Part shown: positions 1 through 14,025 of the stretch, in pieces
Layout of the letters: each line of letters opens with the position of its first letter
Numbering within the stretch: the stretch's first letter is position 1
Assembly (NCBI GenBank): GCA_030167865.1
Contig: JALAGF010000169.1
Span: forward strand, 1-52,204
Origin: Craspedostauros australis
Taxonomy: Eukaryota
DNA length: 52,204 nucleotides
Direction of reading: 5' to 3'
Made by a program: the position numbers and the translations under genes
The notes under the pieces: model-generated
What the model saw: the letters and a program-made list of their open reading frames with translations, nothing else
What the model was told of the DNA's origin: nothing
The model's database searches: none

Positions 1-465
1 CTGGCTGGCGGGCACGTCCGATGAGGGATGGGAAGACGGAGCGTGGGGCGTCATCTCCAGCGAATCCGGCTGTTGTGTGGTTGTCGTGTGGTGGACCAAG
101 AAAGTGGAATTGGAGTTAGACACATGATGGCTGGCGATGGTACGACGATGTTATGACAGAGTACCCCTGCGTGCACACTCCGCCAGCGCATCCACCATGC
201 GCATGCTGACCATCGATGATCCTTCGCGTCTCATTTCAGCAATGCCGCCAATGCCACCGATCAAGAAGATCGCAACCGTGGCGGTCGATCGATCGATCGT
301 CCGATCATTGTTGCTGTTGTCATTGCCGTGTTTGAATCCAACCCAATTCAAAACGATACAATCCATTGTGATGCCATGCGATGTGCTGCTCGATGACGCC
401 TTACCTTTGCACATTCCGGAACCGTTGTCGATGACAAGGGCGGCGATATCTTCATCGTCAGACAT
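1..465 (-). CDS. ACT: Actin, 5' part, running off the window edge. Exons 465-405 and 69-<1; intron 404-70 (335 nt).
   Basis: Spliced translation MSDDEDIAALVIDNGSGMCK|AGFAGDDAPRSVFPSLIGRARQP is the canonical actin N-terminus. The phase-1 intron GTAAGG...ACAG restores the frame. Confidence 0.97.
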
Positions 466-1428
466 GGTGGCGAGTCGTTTGTTTGGTGGTGGAGGAGGTG
501 GGTGTTGGTTTGAATCGAACCGGGATGGGGGTTTGTGGGAGGAAGGGATGCGGTCGATGTCCCAACGCAGCCAAAGCACGGTGGTTGTGTGTCTGCTGTC
601 GTGGAGGAAGTGTTGGTGATGTTGTCGCTTTTTGGAAATTTGGGTTCCGAAACCGCAAAGATCTTCCAACGACCAATGTCAGCAATGACCATGACTTTGT
701 GACCACTCGATCGTGACTGGGCAAGTGAGTCACTCGTGGACGAAATGCCAATCTGAAAGCACATCCGCCATACGCAAAAAAACGCCTCCAAAGCGATCAC
801 CGCCATTTCCAGAAATCGTGGGAGGATCTTCGGTCACAGTCTTCTTGGTGATTGGAGATGAGATGCGTTGGCGTCCATGTTGTGCCGTATCCGCCTCCCA
901 GCGTCTCTCTTCTCTCTTTTTTTCTCGGTGGGCGGGTTGATGCTCGACTGATAATGTCTGCGAGGGTGACGGGGAGCTACCCAGAGAGAGAAGGGAGGCA
1001 TTGTGGTGAGCTTTCTCCTCCTTACGAGCCGCGGTCACAACATCGTGCAGACTGCGAGTATGTACCAATAGTCACGTCATTTCAGTCTCATTGCACACGT
1101 ACTCGTGTCATGCTATCGTAGGTCGTATCTTGTATTCGTGTGGTGTTCCGCCGACCAAGACAGAATGCGCATCTGTCTGGAGAGAGGCAACCTGTTCAAT
1201 CTACTCAATGCATCTCAGGATATGTATAGTATTGTATGGTTATGCATGACTTTCACTTCATGAACTTATATTATGTATTACGTACATATGGTACTTCTAG
1301 AGAGAGTATTTAGATTCATTCCACATGCTCGTGGGTATGTGAAGTATCAAGCGATGCACCGTCCATTGCTAGCTGTTCCATTGATACTGTTCCTTGCCAA
1401 TACTCTTCGTGAGTGGTATTGAAGCATA

Positions 1429-1448
1429 CTCTCTCTCTCTCTCTCTCT
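1429..1448. repeat. (CT)10 microsatellite downstream of the WD40 gene
   Basis: Read directly. Confidence 0.95.
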
Positions 1449-1516
1449 ACGTATTGTTTGTTTGCTGCCGCATGGTTGTGAAAACCCCAGGGCCACGGGT
1501 TCACCGTGCCACGATT

Positions 1517-2872
1517 TTAGATTCCCAAGTCGCCGGCAAATTGCATCACGTTGACCTTGCCGTCGCCACCGCCAGAGTAGAATGTGCTCGACGGTCCCTG
1601 CGCAAGGGCCTTGACAGGGCCCCTGTGTCCCACCGAGTACTGCAGGGAGAGCATCATTATCAGCGTGAAGGCCGGCATGTTTGGCGTCTGCAGAAGGTTG
1701 CGCACCATTATGTTCCCGGACTCCAATCCAATCAGCAGAACTTGGTTGTTCTTTTGGTCGGCTGCCATTGCAATCGTCACCACTCCTTCGCCATGCGATT
1801 CGCTGGCGACGCACTGGCCTGTGGATCCGTTCCACGCCTTGATGTCTCCATCCAGCGAAGATGTCAGGATGAACGTGCCCGACGGGCTTGGGAACGGTAT
1901 CAGGCAAGTGACTGCGTCCTTGTGTCCCTGGCCACCGCCAGCTGGAGGCTGTCCAGATTGCTGCGCGTTTGTTCCGCTGTTGGTAATTGCGTGCTGGCAG
2001 TTGCCGGAGGCGAGATCCCAAATCCGGATGGAACCATCGATGCTGGACGACCAAAGGACGTTTTCCGCGACGGCCAGTCCCGTCACCTCACGCGCATGCC
2101 CCGCCAAGGTCTTGGAAAGCACGAAGCCGCCTTTGCCTTGATTGGACGATGCTTCGAAGGTCCACAAACGGATGCACCCATCGCGCGATCCGCTGATAAC
2201 TTTCTGTCCACCAATCACGTTGAGCGCAGACACTCTTGTTGCGTGAGAGTAGGCGATCATCGGACCCATTGGGAATTCGAGCGGCGGGTCCGCAGGGCTG
2301 TTGAGGTTCCAAGCCTGGATCATCCCCACCTTCACGTTTGGGAGGCTCGGGGTGATGGCCTCGAAGCCACAGAACAGGAAGTTGGCTTCCACCACCACGC
2401 AGTCAATGGCGCCGCCCATGTTGTGCTCGAATTCTTTGACAAAAGATCCGCCCTGCGTGTTCCAAAGCCTCCAGAAGCCATCGTGTGATCCCGTGAATAT
2501 CTTGATGGCACCGTTCGATTCCCAAATTGCGACCGAAGACACTGCCGCCATCGATTGTTTGTTGCTATTGTTGTGCGAGTTGAAGCCACCATTGTTGTCG
2601 TTCTGATTCGGCATGGCCGATGAGGCGTCGATGGATGCAAATTGCCTCACGACGTGGGCAAAGCTGCAGCGCTCGCCGTGCTGACACGTCTGCCCATTCG
2701 TGAAGGTCTTGCATGGCCGGAGGCGACTCTGGGGATATGATGTGTTGTTGCTGCTGAAGCCTCCCCTGCCTCTTCCACGTCCTCTCCCACGGCCCCGTCC
2801 GCGACCTCCACGGCCTCCGCGTCCACCGCTGTTATTGTTGTTGTTGTATCGTCCACCTCCGAAGTTTGACAT
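1517..2872 (-). CDS. RGG-repeat + CCCH zinc finger + WD40-repeat protein (ZFWD-like), 451 aa, single exon
   Basis: N-terminal RGG/RG run, then C-x8-C-x5-C-x3-H finger (CKTFTNGQTCQHGERCSFAH), then WD repeats (FTGSHDGFWRLWN, ISGSRDGCIRLWT, SSSIDGSIRIWD, TSSLDGDIKAWN). Confidence 0.9.
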   Translation of the reverse strand: MSNFGGGRYNNNNNSGGRGGRGGRGRGRGRGRGRGRGGFSSNNTSYPQSRLRPCKTFTNGQTCQHGERCSFAHVVRQFASIDASSAMPNQNDNNGGFNSHNNSNKQSMAAVSSVAIWESNGAIKIFTGSHDGFWRLWNTQGGSFVKEFEHNMGGAIDCVVVEANFLFCGFEAITPSLPNVKVGMIQAWNLNSPADPPLEFPMGPMIAYSHATRVSALNVIGGQKVISGSRDGCIRLWTFEASSNQGKGGFVLSKTLAGHAREVTGLAVAENVLWSSSIDGSIRIWDLASGNCQHAITNSGTNAQQSGQPPAGGGQGHKDAVTCLIPFPSPSGTFILTSSLDGDIKAWNGSTGQCVASESHGEGVVTIAMAADQKNNQVLLIGLESGNIMVRNLLQTPNMPAFTLIMMLSLQYSVGHRGPVKALAQGPSSTFYSGGGDGKVNVMQFAGDLGI

Positions 2873-3930
2873 GTCGCTTGTGATATGGTTTATTGTGTGT
2901 TCAACTACAAATACCTCTTGAGGTGTGGCACTGCCGTTGCCTCACGTCCTGATTCTTTCGTTTCGGCTGTTATGGATTGCAGCGCAGCGTGACGCACTCG
3001 CGGTTTGGGCTCGTTGTTCCAAACCTTCGCGTGCGACAACGTCGTGCGCACGTTTGACACCGAGACGGACACAGGCGCGTGTATGGGTTTGGACGACACC
3101 AGCACCACGCACACGATCGGAGACATCATCATGGACCAACAGTGCTCAGCACGGACACAAGCGCAGTGTTACAGAGTAGGGTGATGGCACAAGTATTCAA
3201 GAGCAGCTCACGGTGAGAGACTTCGAAAGAGAGAGATAATAGGTAAATGGATACGGATCTCGTCGCCGTTTGCGGCTTCACAGACCAGGACAGAACCCCA
3301 GGATCAGTCGCTGCACCTGGCGGCATGGGTATTCTGCACCAGTTCCAATGCGCCTTCGATCCACCAGGCCAACCTCTTCGACTTACTTCCGATTTACTGT
3401 CTTCTTTGCAGTGCGAACGCTGTGGTTTGGGACGTTGTTGTCGTCTTTGATGAAGAGCGAGCTATGTCCTGCGACTATACGACCGATGTGACATGCACAG
3501 AGCACGCGCTGGAGTGGTGCGTCCGACCGTAGATTGTTGTCTGGGAGTCACCGGCCTCTCCTTTGTGTCTGTGCGTTGCTCATCGTTGATGTTTTGCAAT
3601 CGTGGCCGTTCGCCATCGTCGTTGTCGCTGGGCACCATTTGTTGGTGTGTCGGAGGTACAGACAAAGTCCCAATCGTCAGCGTCATCTTGTCTGCACCCA
3701 GGAAGTGCTCTTGGGTGCTCTCACGCTCAGCACACTTCAGTGTGTGATTCCGCAACGTCGCCACAGGTTGAACGATGGTGTCTTCCACCGGTATACACGT
3801 ACAATGGACAGAGAAGAGGATGGCTCCATTGTGCAATTAGTCACAATATTAGAACGGCTGAGTGTTAACATATAATACGATCTTATTGAACTATTAAGAA
3901 TAGGTGAAGTGCTGCTTTCCTCTCTGAACA

Positions 3931-3956
3931 GAGAGAGAGAGAGAGAGAGAGAGAGA
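3931..3956. repeat. (GA)13 microsatellite downstream of the SDS22-like gene
   Basis: Read directly. Confidence 0.95.
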
Positions 3957-4073
3957 CACTTGTGTATGATAGAGTAGATCCCTCCGCTATGGATCGCTAT
4001 TGCCATGCTCCATGATTACAGTCTGGAATGCATCGTGTGACACGAGAATTCGCATCATGGAATCACGATCGTC

Positions 4074-6119
4074 TTACGAACTGGATTGCTTGCTTTCTGC
4101 CGCAGCTGATTCCTTTTTAGCGCGTTGGACAGCTGCTTCCTGCAACTTTCGCATGTAATCGGCTGTTGGAGCCGCGCCCATTAAGATGGTTCCTGACGCG
4201 CCGGGGGTTCCGACTGAGGTCGCGGCACCAACGACCTGGGCACCGAAGGGCCGGATCCTTGTGGCATCGATTTGGCTCAGGGAAGGGACCCATTCTGCGA
4301 GTTTTTTCCTGTACTCAAACTCCTTCGCCACCGGGTTGTACTCGAGATAGACGGTTTCCAGCTTGACGGCGAGACTCGAGCCTCCGCTCGCTGGTTGCTT
4401 CAGCGCCTCCACGTCATCGAACGTCTTGATTTGGTTGCCCGATATCCACAGCTCCTCGAGGCTTTTCAGATGGGCGAAGGGTTGGCATGTGGTGAGGCGA
4501 TTCCGGCTGAGGTCGACAACCGACAGATTTGGAAACTTCAACGCCAAGCCGGTTGCTTGCAATGCGCCTTCATCGTCGATACCGTTGTGGGACAGATAGA
4601 TCTCTTCCAACGTCTCCAGCTGCGTTTCCAAATTCTCGATCTTCGTCAGACGGTTGGATTGCACATCCAATCTCCGCAGTTTCGTGAGCTGATCGGGAAC
4701 GTGGAAAGGAAATCATCGTCGATGCGGTCATAATCACGGCCGTGGATACGACAATCACGGTTTTGTTTGGTTGGATGGATGATATCGCCATGTTGGACGT
4801 GGACGCGGACATGGGCAAGGTCAGTGTGGGAATTTCGTCCGTTGGTCTGACACAGGTCTGCATGAGTGTGGACGGCAGGCGCCAATCATTAATTAGCAGC
4901 CTCCCAGCCTCTCAAGGCCCCCTTCTGCTTCGCAACAAACACTCACACTCGAAGCCACACTCGAAGTCGCACTCGTGCACACTCCTCGTATATGCCAGCA
5001 CTCTTAGCTTGAAGACGTACCTTCTCCAGACCTTGGATTGACTCGATCTTGTTCTTTCCAATCCAGAGCTCTTCCAGATTCACCAAGCCCGAAAGCTCCT
5101 CCCCATCCATGACTCGGATCCGATTTGCTCCCAAATCGATCTTTCGCAAGCTCTTGAGCATGCGGATGCCCTCTATCTTCTTCAATTTGTTGTTTGCAAT
5201 GTCTGAGGGTGAAGGGGATAAGTGCGTATAAAAGAAGAATTGGAAACAGAGGGGGTACGGTGTGCGAAGAAGCGCAATCATTTCATGTCTGTGAGAGGAC
5301 GCAGATACGGCGGCTGTGGCAGCGAAGGGCGGTGACATCAGCAGCATCCATACGAGTATCCACAGCCAGTGTCTTGCAACCCAGGTCGGTGCATTGCATT
5401 GCACGCATTGTAGTGCCGTATGAGATCACATAGGACGGCATTTCAAAGCACTTGATGCACTCACAGAGTTCCGTAAGATTTTCACAGCACGCCACAGGCG
5501 CCATGTCGCGAATCACGTTGTAGCTCATGTCGAGGGTCCGGAGAGTCTCCGCCAAATGATCCAGACTGCAAAGCGCCTCGACTTGGTTGTCGTACATCTC
5601 GAGCAACCGGAGCTTCTTGAACTTCTCCAAACCTTGCATCTTTTGGATGACGTGACTTCGCAGCACCAGCTCCTCAAGGTCCGCGTTGCATTTGGATGAG
5701 AAATCATCGTTGAGGTGTGTGATTTTCTCTCCCGCGGTGCCGACCACAACAACCTCCAAGTCATCCTCACGGATATCCGCCACGTCGTGCGGGTAGCGCA
5801 CGGGCGGGACGTCTGGGGCAGGCTGACCGAGGTGCGCCCAGTCCATCGGAACGTTTGGGAACTGAGACGCCATCTCTTGCTGCCGCAAATGGGATGGGTC
5901 TGCGTTCGGCGTTGGTCGATTGACAACCACGCTGCCGTATGTCGTGGTCGTTATGTTCTGCTGCTCTTCTTCTTGTTGTTCTTCTTCTTGCTGTTGTTGT
6001 TGCTGCTGCTCGTGGTCTTCGTTTCCGCCTTGTTCGCCGGCGGGGCCACCGGATGCTGGAATCTCGGTGGCCGGGATGGGATTGCCCACCCCTTCGCTTT
6101 CTGCCGCTTGCGTCGCCAT
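4074..6119 (-). CDS. SDS22/PPP1R7-like leucine-rich-repeat protein (PP1 regulatory subunit), ~483 aa. Exons 6119-5465, 5202-5021, 4688-4074.
   Basis: SDS22-class LRRs (LRKIDLGANRI, LEELWIGKNKI, LRRLDVQSNRL, LEEIYLSHNGI) and an LRR cap (LETVYLEYNPV...YRKKL...PSLSQIDA). Introns GTGAGT..CAG (5464-5203) and GTACGT..CAG (5020-4689) join three ORF fragments in frame. Confidence 0.88.
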
Positions 6120-7035
6120 GGTCTTTCCGGTGTAGTTGCCCTTCGGAGTGATCTCCTCTCCTCGTATCCTGTCTTCTTTTGGTGCCTTTGTGTGAAACGG
6201 TGTCTTCGTGCAGCTCAGTGTAGAGGGTGTGCTTGGTTTAATGTGCAAGTATTTTATGATTGTGTGTTGAGTGTGGAATGTTGTCGTGACTTTGCAAAAG
6301 CAGTGTACTTGCGGTTGAGTTGTGAGCGCGTCGTGTCTGCTCTCTGCTCGCTACTGCCTTCTCTCTGGTTTTGGTTGTCGTCTCGTTGCGTTTCTGCGCA
6401 TGTTTTCGAGAAGGCTCTACGCTTGTTTGGGCGAACGCGGACAAACAGCCTGATTCAGCTTGTTGCCATCGCGTGGAAGGAACTCCCTGTTTCATTGCTT
6501 CCATTATTCAGAATATATATATTTACACCGCGGATCCTATATCGTGATTGCCTATCAAACACGACTGGCGTTTCTGGAAAGAACAACATGGCGTTGTCTT
6601 CTTGTCAGCTTGTCTGATTTGATCGTCGGCTTGGTGAACGATCCAGACACAAGTCTCTCGAGAGACAACTAGTTCACAAGGGATTCCCGCGAATCCGTGA
6701 AACGGAAGAAATGCGGAGAGATGAGGCGTGGCACAACACGACCAAAAAAAGACAACACCAACCAATGCGAGCGCGACAAGGCGCGGTTCCCACCAACATC
6801 TCCGCGCTGAACAGAGACACCACGAAAGAAGACGAAAAGGGCAGCGAGAAGAGAGAGAGAGAAAGAGAAGGCACAAGAACAGAAGCGCACACAGAGACCA
6901 CGACAAATCAAACAAGAACAGAAGCAGCATCTACAACACAAACAACGTTTCGTCTCCACACTTCACGTCACCTTCCACTCACACTCGCACTCGCACTCCC
7001 ACTCGCACCCGCGTAACAGCAACAACGTTACCACC
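6120..7035. promoter_or_regulatory. Head-to-head intergenic region (candidate bidirectional promoter) between the SDS22-like and Rab2 genes
   Basis: Divergent start codons flank 916 bp. A/C-rich leader-like tracts face outward on each strand around an AT-rich core (GAATATATATATTT near 6511). Confidence 0.45.
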
Positions 7036-8285
<1,250 letters not shown>

Positions 8286-8789
8286 AAGAAAAAAAAGAGT
8301 CGGCATGCTGACTGGAGCACTATGAGTGCTGCGTGCCTCATGGATGCATACCATACAAGTCCTACCCGCGCCATACTTTACAAATACAGAACGTGCGTTC
8401 GCTCCCGTCCAAACAGTGCAACCGTATTAGTACATGCGAACAAATACTTCCAGCCGTGGAAAAGACAAACTGCCCCAGATGTGTAGAAATGTAACACCTC
8501 TTTATACTTTTTGACATCATCACAACGTGAAGTGTGCGCTTGCGTGCGTGTGGGAGAGAGGGAGAGCTTTATGTATGACGGGCGCAACAGTATTGCATGT
8601 AAATAGAGTACTGCTCTCAATCAACGGCTCCATACGACCACCGCACTCTGGTGACATGATCACACACTCAACGCGTGTCATGCATTGGAATGAATCCCCT
8701 GGGACACTTGTCGCAGTTGGTTTTGCCCAAATTGCTGATGGTGGAAACATGGTAGAGTTGTCGCATCGGCAGCATCGCCAGGCACACGG

Positions 8790-11700
8790 CTAGCTTGGCG
8801 GACCTTCGTGGAAGTGCGTCTGGCTGAGAGTGAACTCATTCATGGCATGGCTGCTGATCACACGCAGCGCGCGTTGGCGATCCTTGCGGTTCGTCAGCAC
8901 CTTGATGATGTCTCGCACCCTCATGCCGCTCACGGGGATCTCGTCGATTGCAATGAGGATATCCGATGGGAACACCCACCCGGACAACGGGCTGTTCGGC
9001 GCAACGTCGCTCACCATGGCATGGCCACGGAACTCGACGAATGTCATGCCGATGCGGCCCGGCGGAGCGACGACAACCCGGTGATAAGGTTGCTCTTCCA
9101 ACGCCACATCCGCCACGTCGTGCATCCCATCCGGCAGGTTCTCCAAGATCGGAGCCGGATGTTGCCCTCTCATCGGGGTGCTGAAAGGATGGTGCCCCGT
9201 CGTCGAATTGTTGATTCCTCGCGATGGGCTGTTCGTTGGCTTGGTTCGGCGCGACAGCAAACCTCCAATGGCGCCGCCAATGGCTCCCATGATCCCTTGG
9301 TTGCTCTGCGCGAATTCATCGGGGAATTCGTCGTGGCTCGACGCGGACTTCACGCTCCGGCCATCGGTGAGCTGGTTGATCGCCGCGTCGCCAGATGGGA
9401 GGTTGCTGTTGCTGTAAATCGGGGCGGTGCTCGTCGAATTGCTGATGTGCGCTGTCACGGCACTGTGCGTCGTGCTCTGTTGCTCGAAGTCTGTCGATTG
9501 TTTCGCCCAGTCATCCACAACGCGATCTTGCAGAGACTGGAATGTCGGTGAAAAGGGCGTGGCGATCTGGGTCTTCCTACCGACCGTCACCGCCATGTCG
9601 TAAGTCGTGCGCCTGTGAGCACGGGTCTGAACGTTCAAATGAACGTCAGCCCTTCGGAGCAGCAACGGCAGCACGTGCATGGAGAAGCCATCACGCACCT
9701 GATGATCCAGGCTCGATATCGTCAGGGGAGGGATGGCGTCCAAGTTCGCCCCGGACAAGATGCTCTCTATCCACGACATGAGGGAGTCATGCAGCGCCCC
9801 ATCCGACGTCCATTGGCTCAGCACGGTTTGGACGATTGGCGATCGAAGTCCATGATCTGGCGGCGGCGGCAACGGTGGCGTGAGATCGCCCCATTCCGTC
9901 ACGAAGTTCTCACCATCCAACATCCTCACATTTACCGTGCGATTCATTTCATCAATTGACTTGCTGGCGCTGCCGTCGCTGTCTTGTTGCAGCATTGACT
10001 TGCCTTCCGCTTGTTCGACAGTTTCGACGTTTTCGATGATGACAGTTGGAGGCGAATCGCCCACTTCCTTGAATTGACGCAGATCAGAGTGGAGAGATGA
10101 GATGATCTTGTTCGCATCTCCCAACGCCTTCCTCCACGCATTCTCGTTCTTCACCTCCATGCCGCGGAAGAGACTGTTGTTGAGGCTGAGATCGGCTTCC
10201 GATCCATCATCGAGGATTGGACTTGGCGAGCGCTTCTCGAGAGCCCGGGTGTTGCGACGAACATCTTGCCCCGCACCCGCTTGACTTTTGCCGTCGTTGG
10301 AATCTTCCGCATCGTCCATTATCGATCGACTGGGCATCAGCGCCATGGACTGCGTAGCATTGACAAGGATGGCAAGTGATGCCAGATGATTGTGAGTGGT
10401 ACCATACATCCATGGCACAAGTGACGTGAGATCAAGAAGTTCATTCCAATTCAATTCAATCCAATCAAATACGATCCAATCAAACAAGGCACGAATACAA
10501 CGCAAATGCGATCCAATTCAATGTAGTGCACACTTCGATGATTGTACGCCAAGCACTGCCCCGCCGAATCAACTCTCGATCATCAATACTCACCTCCGAC
10601 TTTGAGGCGCTTTGGAGTCTCCCAATTTCAGCTCGGCACTTCGACAATTCTTCGTTAAGCTTGTCTGCCTGTTCGGCCCTGTCTTTGGCCTCGAGCTGTG
10701 CCGTGTGCAAAAGCGCCTTGAGAGTGGTGATTTCAATCTTGTCGATAGACCCCGTCGATCCAATACCGTTGGATTCGTTCAGATCACCACTTTCGCTGGA
10801 TGCCTGTCCACCCTCAATCTGATCGCTCGTCTTCTTCTGCGCCTTCCCATTGTCGTGAGTTGCGCTATCTTCAGACTTTCCGATGGACTTCAACCACGTG
10901 GATGCCGACAAGGATGCTCGCTTCATCTCCATTGCGTACGAATGGGACCGTGACAGCACATCGATCGCCGTTATACGCGCCGCATGTCGATCGGGATTGG
11001 TTTCCTTCAACGTTTCGATTTCCTTCTTGATTTCGTCTATGACATCCTCTACTTGCTCGTCCTCTTTGAGTTCTGCAGCAACGAAGTCATCGCCAGCACC
11101 ATCGTCGTCGTCGTCGTCGTTGTTATTGTCGTCGTCCTCATTGCCTTGGTCGCCATCATCTTTGCTTTCTGTTTTGGAGGGCTCTGATCTTGCCGATGCC
11201 ATCTTGTCATTCCTCTCCAACGAGACTCCTCGTTCCACAAGACACGCCAGAATGTCCAGCGCGTCTTCTCTTTCTATCTCCACCCGTTTTGGGACGCGCG
11301 ATCGAGCCGAGTTTTTCGTGGCTGGTGAGAAGTCACTGTGGAGACGGATCCTTTGCGTGGGTTCATTGTGACCACGTTGGGTGTGATACAGTCGTTGGGT
11401 TGGCTGAATTCTGCGGTGCGGCGTGTTCGGGTCGAGTAATATCGTAGAATGCTGAGCCGATCGTGACCAACCCACATCCCAGCTCGTGCTCTGTCGAAGG
11501 ATCCTGTCACTCACATCGTTGTTCTGGGTGCGCGGTCCTGGATTTTGCTCTCGCTGTATCTGTGCCCATGCTTTCGTTTTGGTTGCCGGGATCGACGGCA
11601 ACGGGATGGTGTGCGTGCGATCGTCGAGGGTGCTGTCAAAGGAGAAACACTTCTGTGCCAACCGAAAGGGTCCCGTGAATGCGAGTTGCCGCGTTGAGAG

Positions 11701-13599
11701 TGGGGCGTGCGGAGTGGCCTCGGCACTCGTGGTGCCAACTCGATCATTCAGTGCATTCGCGATCTGCAGGTCTCGCCTTCGATTCTGTTTCAGCAATCTC
11801 CTTGCGTTGGATGGTCTATCCTTTTCCTGCTCCATGCTTGTGGATAGCTCATGCCGCGCGGCTGATCCTGGTGATCGCAACGCGAACGACGGCGGTGGAT
11901 GGTGCCTGCCACTGCCACTGCTGTTACCCATGCCAATGCTGCGTTTAGGTGATTGTGACGACTTCAGCAAATCCTCTACGCGAGGAGGATCTGGGAGATA
12001 ATTCGGAACGGGAGTAGGCGGTGCTGACAGCGTCAGCGATCTCTTTTTGGAGCTGATCCCCGATCCCAAGCGTTTGATGCTGGAGGACATGATTTTAGAT
12101 GTGTCCATCAGATTTCTGCTGTTCGCCGCTGAAATGTTCGGATGCTGCGATCTGGTGTCATGGGTCTGTACCTGCGATTGCGACTGCGATTGTGAATGCG
12201 ATTGTGAGTCAGTCGTCTCCTCTTGCGAGATGCGTTGATGGCGAATGGTACCGAGATGATTGTTCTTACTGCTGCTGTTGTTGGTATTGTTGCCACCGTC
12301 GCCTCCTTCCAGTGTGGGTAATGCCAACGCAGCAGCAATGTTTTCGTTCGGACTGGCATCGTATGCACCGTATGGGGCATCGTACTCTTGGAATGCGGGA
12401 CTCGCCTCCACCAACGCTGCCATGGCCTCCACCTCCGCCATTCTCTGCTTGTTGTTTGCGATGTTGATGATGGTTCCCATCTCGGATGCTGTTGAATTTG
12501 CCTCGGAGAGCACGGTTGAATTCACCTCTGAATGCGATCCATCACGTTCATCGTTCTCGACCGTGCGATCCAGAAGCGACCCTTGAAGGGCAGAACTGGG
12601 GGACAGTGGGACAGATCGATTGCCATTGCCATTACCTCTGCCATCCTTGTGACTATCGCCACTGCCCCCACCGCCATGGTTACCGCCGATGCCGCTGCTT
12701 GTTTGATGCAGCTTGGCTCGCAAGTCATCTCGTTCATGTTCTGTTTCTGACATTGGCTTGACCTTTTGGAGGAATTGCGTGCCCAGAAGCGTCGAAGTCG
12801 TGGAAGCAGTCGTCGTGAGCACCTCCGACGGCGCCGCTGCCAATTCATCATCAAGTTCATTACCACCACCACGACCATCAATACTAGTACCATGCACGTT
12901 GTCATTACGATCAATATATTCATTGAGGGACGCTCTATCTTGCAAGGCGTCCACCAAGCCGCCAATCTGAGGGACAACCGAGGTCGCGGCGATGCTGGGA
13001 TCGATGAGCTGATGCCGTGTGACCTCGGGGGGCGAAGGTGGTTCGGCCAGCATATCCTCATGATTATGATTCACGGAAGTGGTTGCAGCAGCAGTGGTTG
13101 TGATCGCAGCAACAGCAGGTTCGAACTGTTGGTCATGAGATGCCTGACGTAGGATGGATCGATTTGTGGATGGGAAGAAACCAAACTTGGAGTCTGCATG
13201 TCCCTGTGCATCGTGATGGTTGGCATGATGCATACTCGAATGTGGATGGCTGACATTACCATTGCCATTACCACTGTCATTGACTACTTTGTCATTGTGG
13301 CGTGCATCGTTGTGGACTCGACGCGTCGATGTTCTGTTGTCCAGTATCTCAGTCTGTGCATCCGACGTTGACAAATTCATGGACCCGTGATCGTCTCCAC
13401 CATCGAATGCAATGTTCTCACTGTCGCGACTGCCATCGGTGCCATGCAATTGGAGTTGCTGTTGTTGCTGAGAGTGATGATTGCCAGTGCTATCATCATT
13501 GTTTTCGGCCCGACGAAAGGAAGCGTTGGCGCCGGCATCTGCGTATCCCGGGAGCAGAAGCTTGCCCAGGAGACCAGAAGCGCCGCCTTCGTTGGTCAT
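8790..13599 (-). CDS. Large, mostly disordered protein with a coiled coil, an unassigned globular domain and a C-terminal PDZ-like domain, ~1521 aa. Exons 13599-10594 and 10349-8790.
   Basis: The 1056-aa and 571-aa ORFs are joined by a phase-0 intron GTGAGT..CAG (10593-10350). First ATG at 13599. The C-terminus (VVAPPGRIGMTF...VSDVAPNSPL...DILIAIDEIPV) fits a PDZ fold. Confidence 0.75.
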
Positions 13600-13965
13600 T
13601 GTTGCAATGATGTCGCAGTCGTTGTTGTCGCTACCTTTCCTGTTACTCAATTGCTATGACCTGCAACACCGTCGCAACCCCGATGAACTATGAGCCGAAC
13701 GTTCTGTTCGAAGCCCGGCGACGACGCAGTGCTGATACAGTCGTGGTGACGGAAATAACGTGGCACAAACGAAGGTGGAAACGGTGATCTGCGATGTTTT
13801 GCTCTCGTCTCTCGTCTCTCTCGCTGTCTGCCTCTGCCTTGCGTCCGATGAGTTCGTTTTTCTTTTTCGTCCACGAAGGCTCAGAGAGACTTGCTCTGCG
13901 CGGATGCTCGACTGCTTCCGACAGAAGAAAAGGATGACTGCTCCGCTCACTTTCTTCGTCCACGT

Positions 13966-14025
13966 ACGCTTCCACACACGCTTCCACACACGCTTCCACA
14001 CACGCTTCCATGCACGCTTCCACAC
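13966..14025. repeat. 12-bp tandem repeat (ACGCTTCCACAC)x5, one unit with 2 substitutions
   Basis: Read directly; lies about 370 bp upstream of the minus-strand PDZ gene start. Confidence 0.95.

Noticed and set aside
13966-14025. Direct repeats as a CRISPR array or telomere
   Set aside because: Contiguous 12-mers without spacers, no cas genes, and not a TTAGGG-type repeat.
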